DNA of 26,132 nucleotides from a virus (Duplodnaviria; Heunggongvirae; Uroviricota; Caudoviricetes): IMG/VR virus record IMGVR_UViG_2529292735_000025; one strand, 5' to 3'. Shown piece by piece: positions 25,682 to 26,132 of this stretch (position 1 is its first letter; each line of letters starts with the position of its first letter). The notes under the pieces were generated by a model. It saw only the letters and a program-made list of their open reading frames with translations, ran no database searches and was not told where the DNA came from. The position numbers and the translations under genes were made by a program.

Positions 25682-26132
25682 GTAAGCGTAAAGCCAATGC
25701 CGTCTGTAACACCTGCTCCTTGCAGACTAAATTAGAGCTCCTTCTAAATTAGACGGAGTTCTATTGATGGATAAACCTACAGACTGGCGCTCCGGAACCC
25801 GCCGGATATTTTCTAATGAATTTAAACTTCATATGGTTGAACTGGCTTCGAAACCAAATGCCAATGTTGCACAACTGGCCCGGGAACATGGCGTTGATAA
25901 CAACCTGATTTTTAAATGGCTACGCCTCTGGCAAAGAGAAGGACGTATTTCTCGTAGAATGCCTCCAACTATTGTAGGCCCTACAGTATCACAATCTTTT
26001 CCGGCCTCTCCGACTCTGGTTCCAGTGGAACTTATCGACCCCCCGAGCTGTGCTACAGATGCTCCTGCTCCGGAGGCATTATCAGTTGCTTGTGCAGCTT
26101 CCTGCCATGTGGAATTCCATTACGGTAAATGA
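25682..26132 (+). mobile_element. Left end of an IS66-family insertion sequence (partial; continues beyond the window)
   Basis: Terminal sequence starts GTAAGCG, as typical of IS66-family inverted repeats, at the point where G coding sequence stops; followed 80 bp later by a small helix-turn-helix transposase-accessory ORF. Confidence 0.5.
25767..26132 (+). CDS. IS-encoded helix-turn-helix accessory protein (IS66-family TnpA-like / IS3-type OrfA-like)
   Basis: N-terminal pattern FSNEFKLHMVELASKPNANVAQLAREHGVDNNLIFKWLRLWQREG is typical of insertion-sequence OrfA helix-turn-helix proteins. ATG at 25767 with GGAG upstream; the track start at 25764 is TTG. Confidence 0.55.
   Translation: MDKPTDWRSGTRRIFSNEFKLHMVELASKPNANVAQLAREHGVDNNLIFKWLRLWQREGRISRRMPPTIVGPTVSQSFPASPTLVPVELIDPPSCATDAPAPEALSVACAASCHVEFHYGK

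Overview
The window is a P2-like (Peduovirus-type) enterobacterial prophage read from the integrase stop (position 1) into the tail-fibre region, syntenic with P2 gene for gene: int, C, cox, B, A, then Q-P (reverse), O-N-M-L-X, lysis cassette Y-K-lysA-lysB-lysC, R-S, V-W-J-I-H. Three AT-rich accessory insertions interrupt the GC-rich backbone. (1) Between replication gene A and cos, where P2 carries tin/old, sits a convergent two-gene module: a C5 cytosine DNA methyltransferase and a large GHKL (Bergerat-fold) ATPase whose C-terminus carries a PD-(D/E)xK-like nuclease motif. This is the best candidate for an undescribed restriction-modification-like or anti-phage system. As read, the ATPase gene is split by a -1 frameshift in an A6 tract. 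(2) Between S and V, the P2 orf30 moron site, is a reverse-oriented AT-rich membrane-protein gene, also frameshifted in a homopolymer. (3) The tail-fibre assembly gene G is destroyed by an IS2 insertion (1331 bp, 5-bp duplication AACTG) and a second IS66-family insertion, so the prophage is probably tail-fibre-defective. All calls are from reading the sequence and the ORF track; no database search was run.
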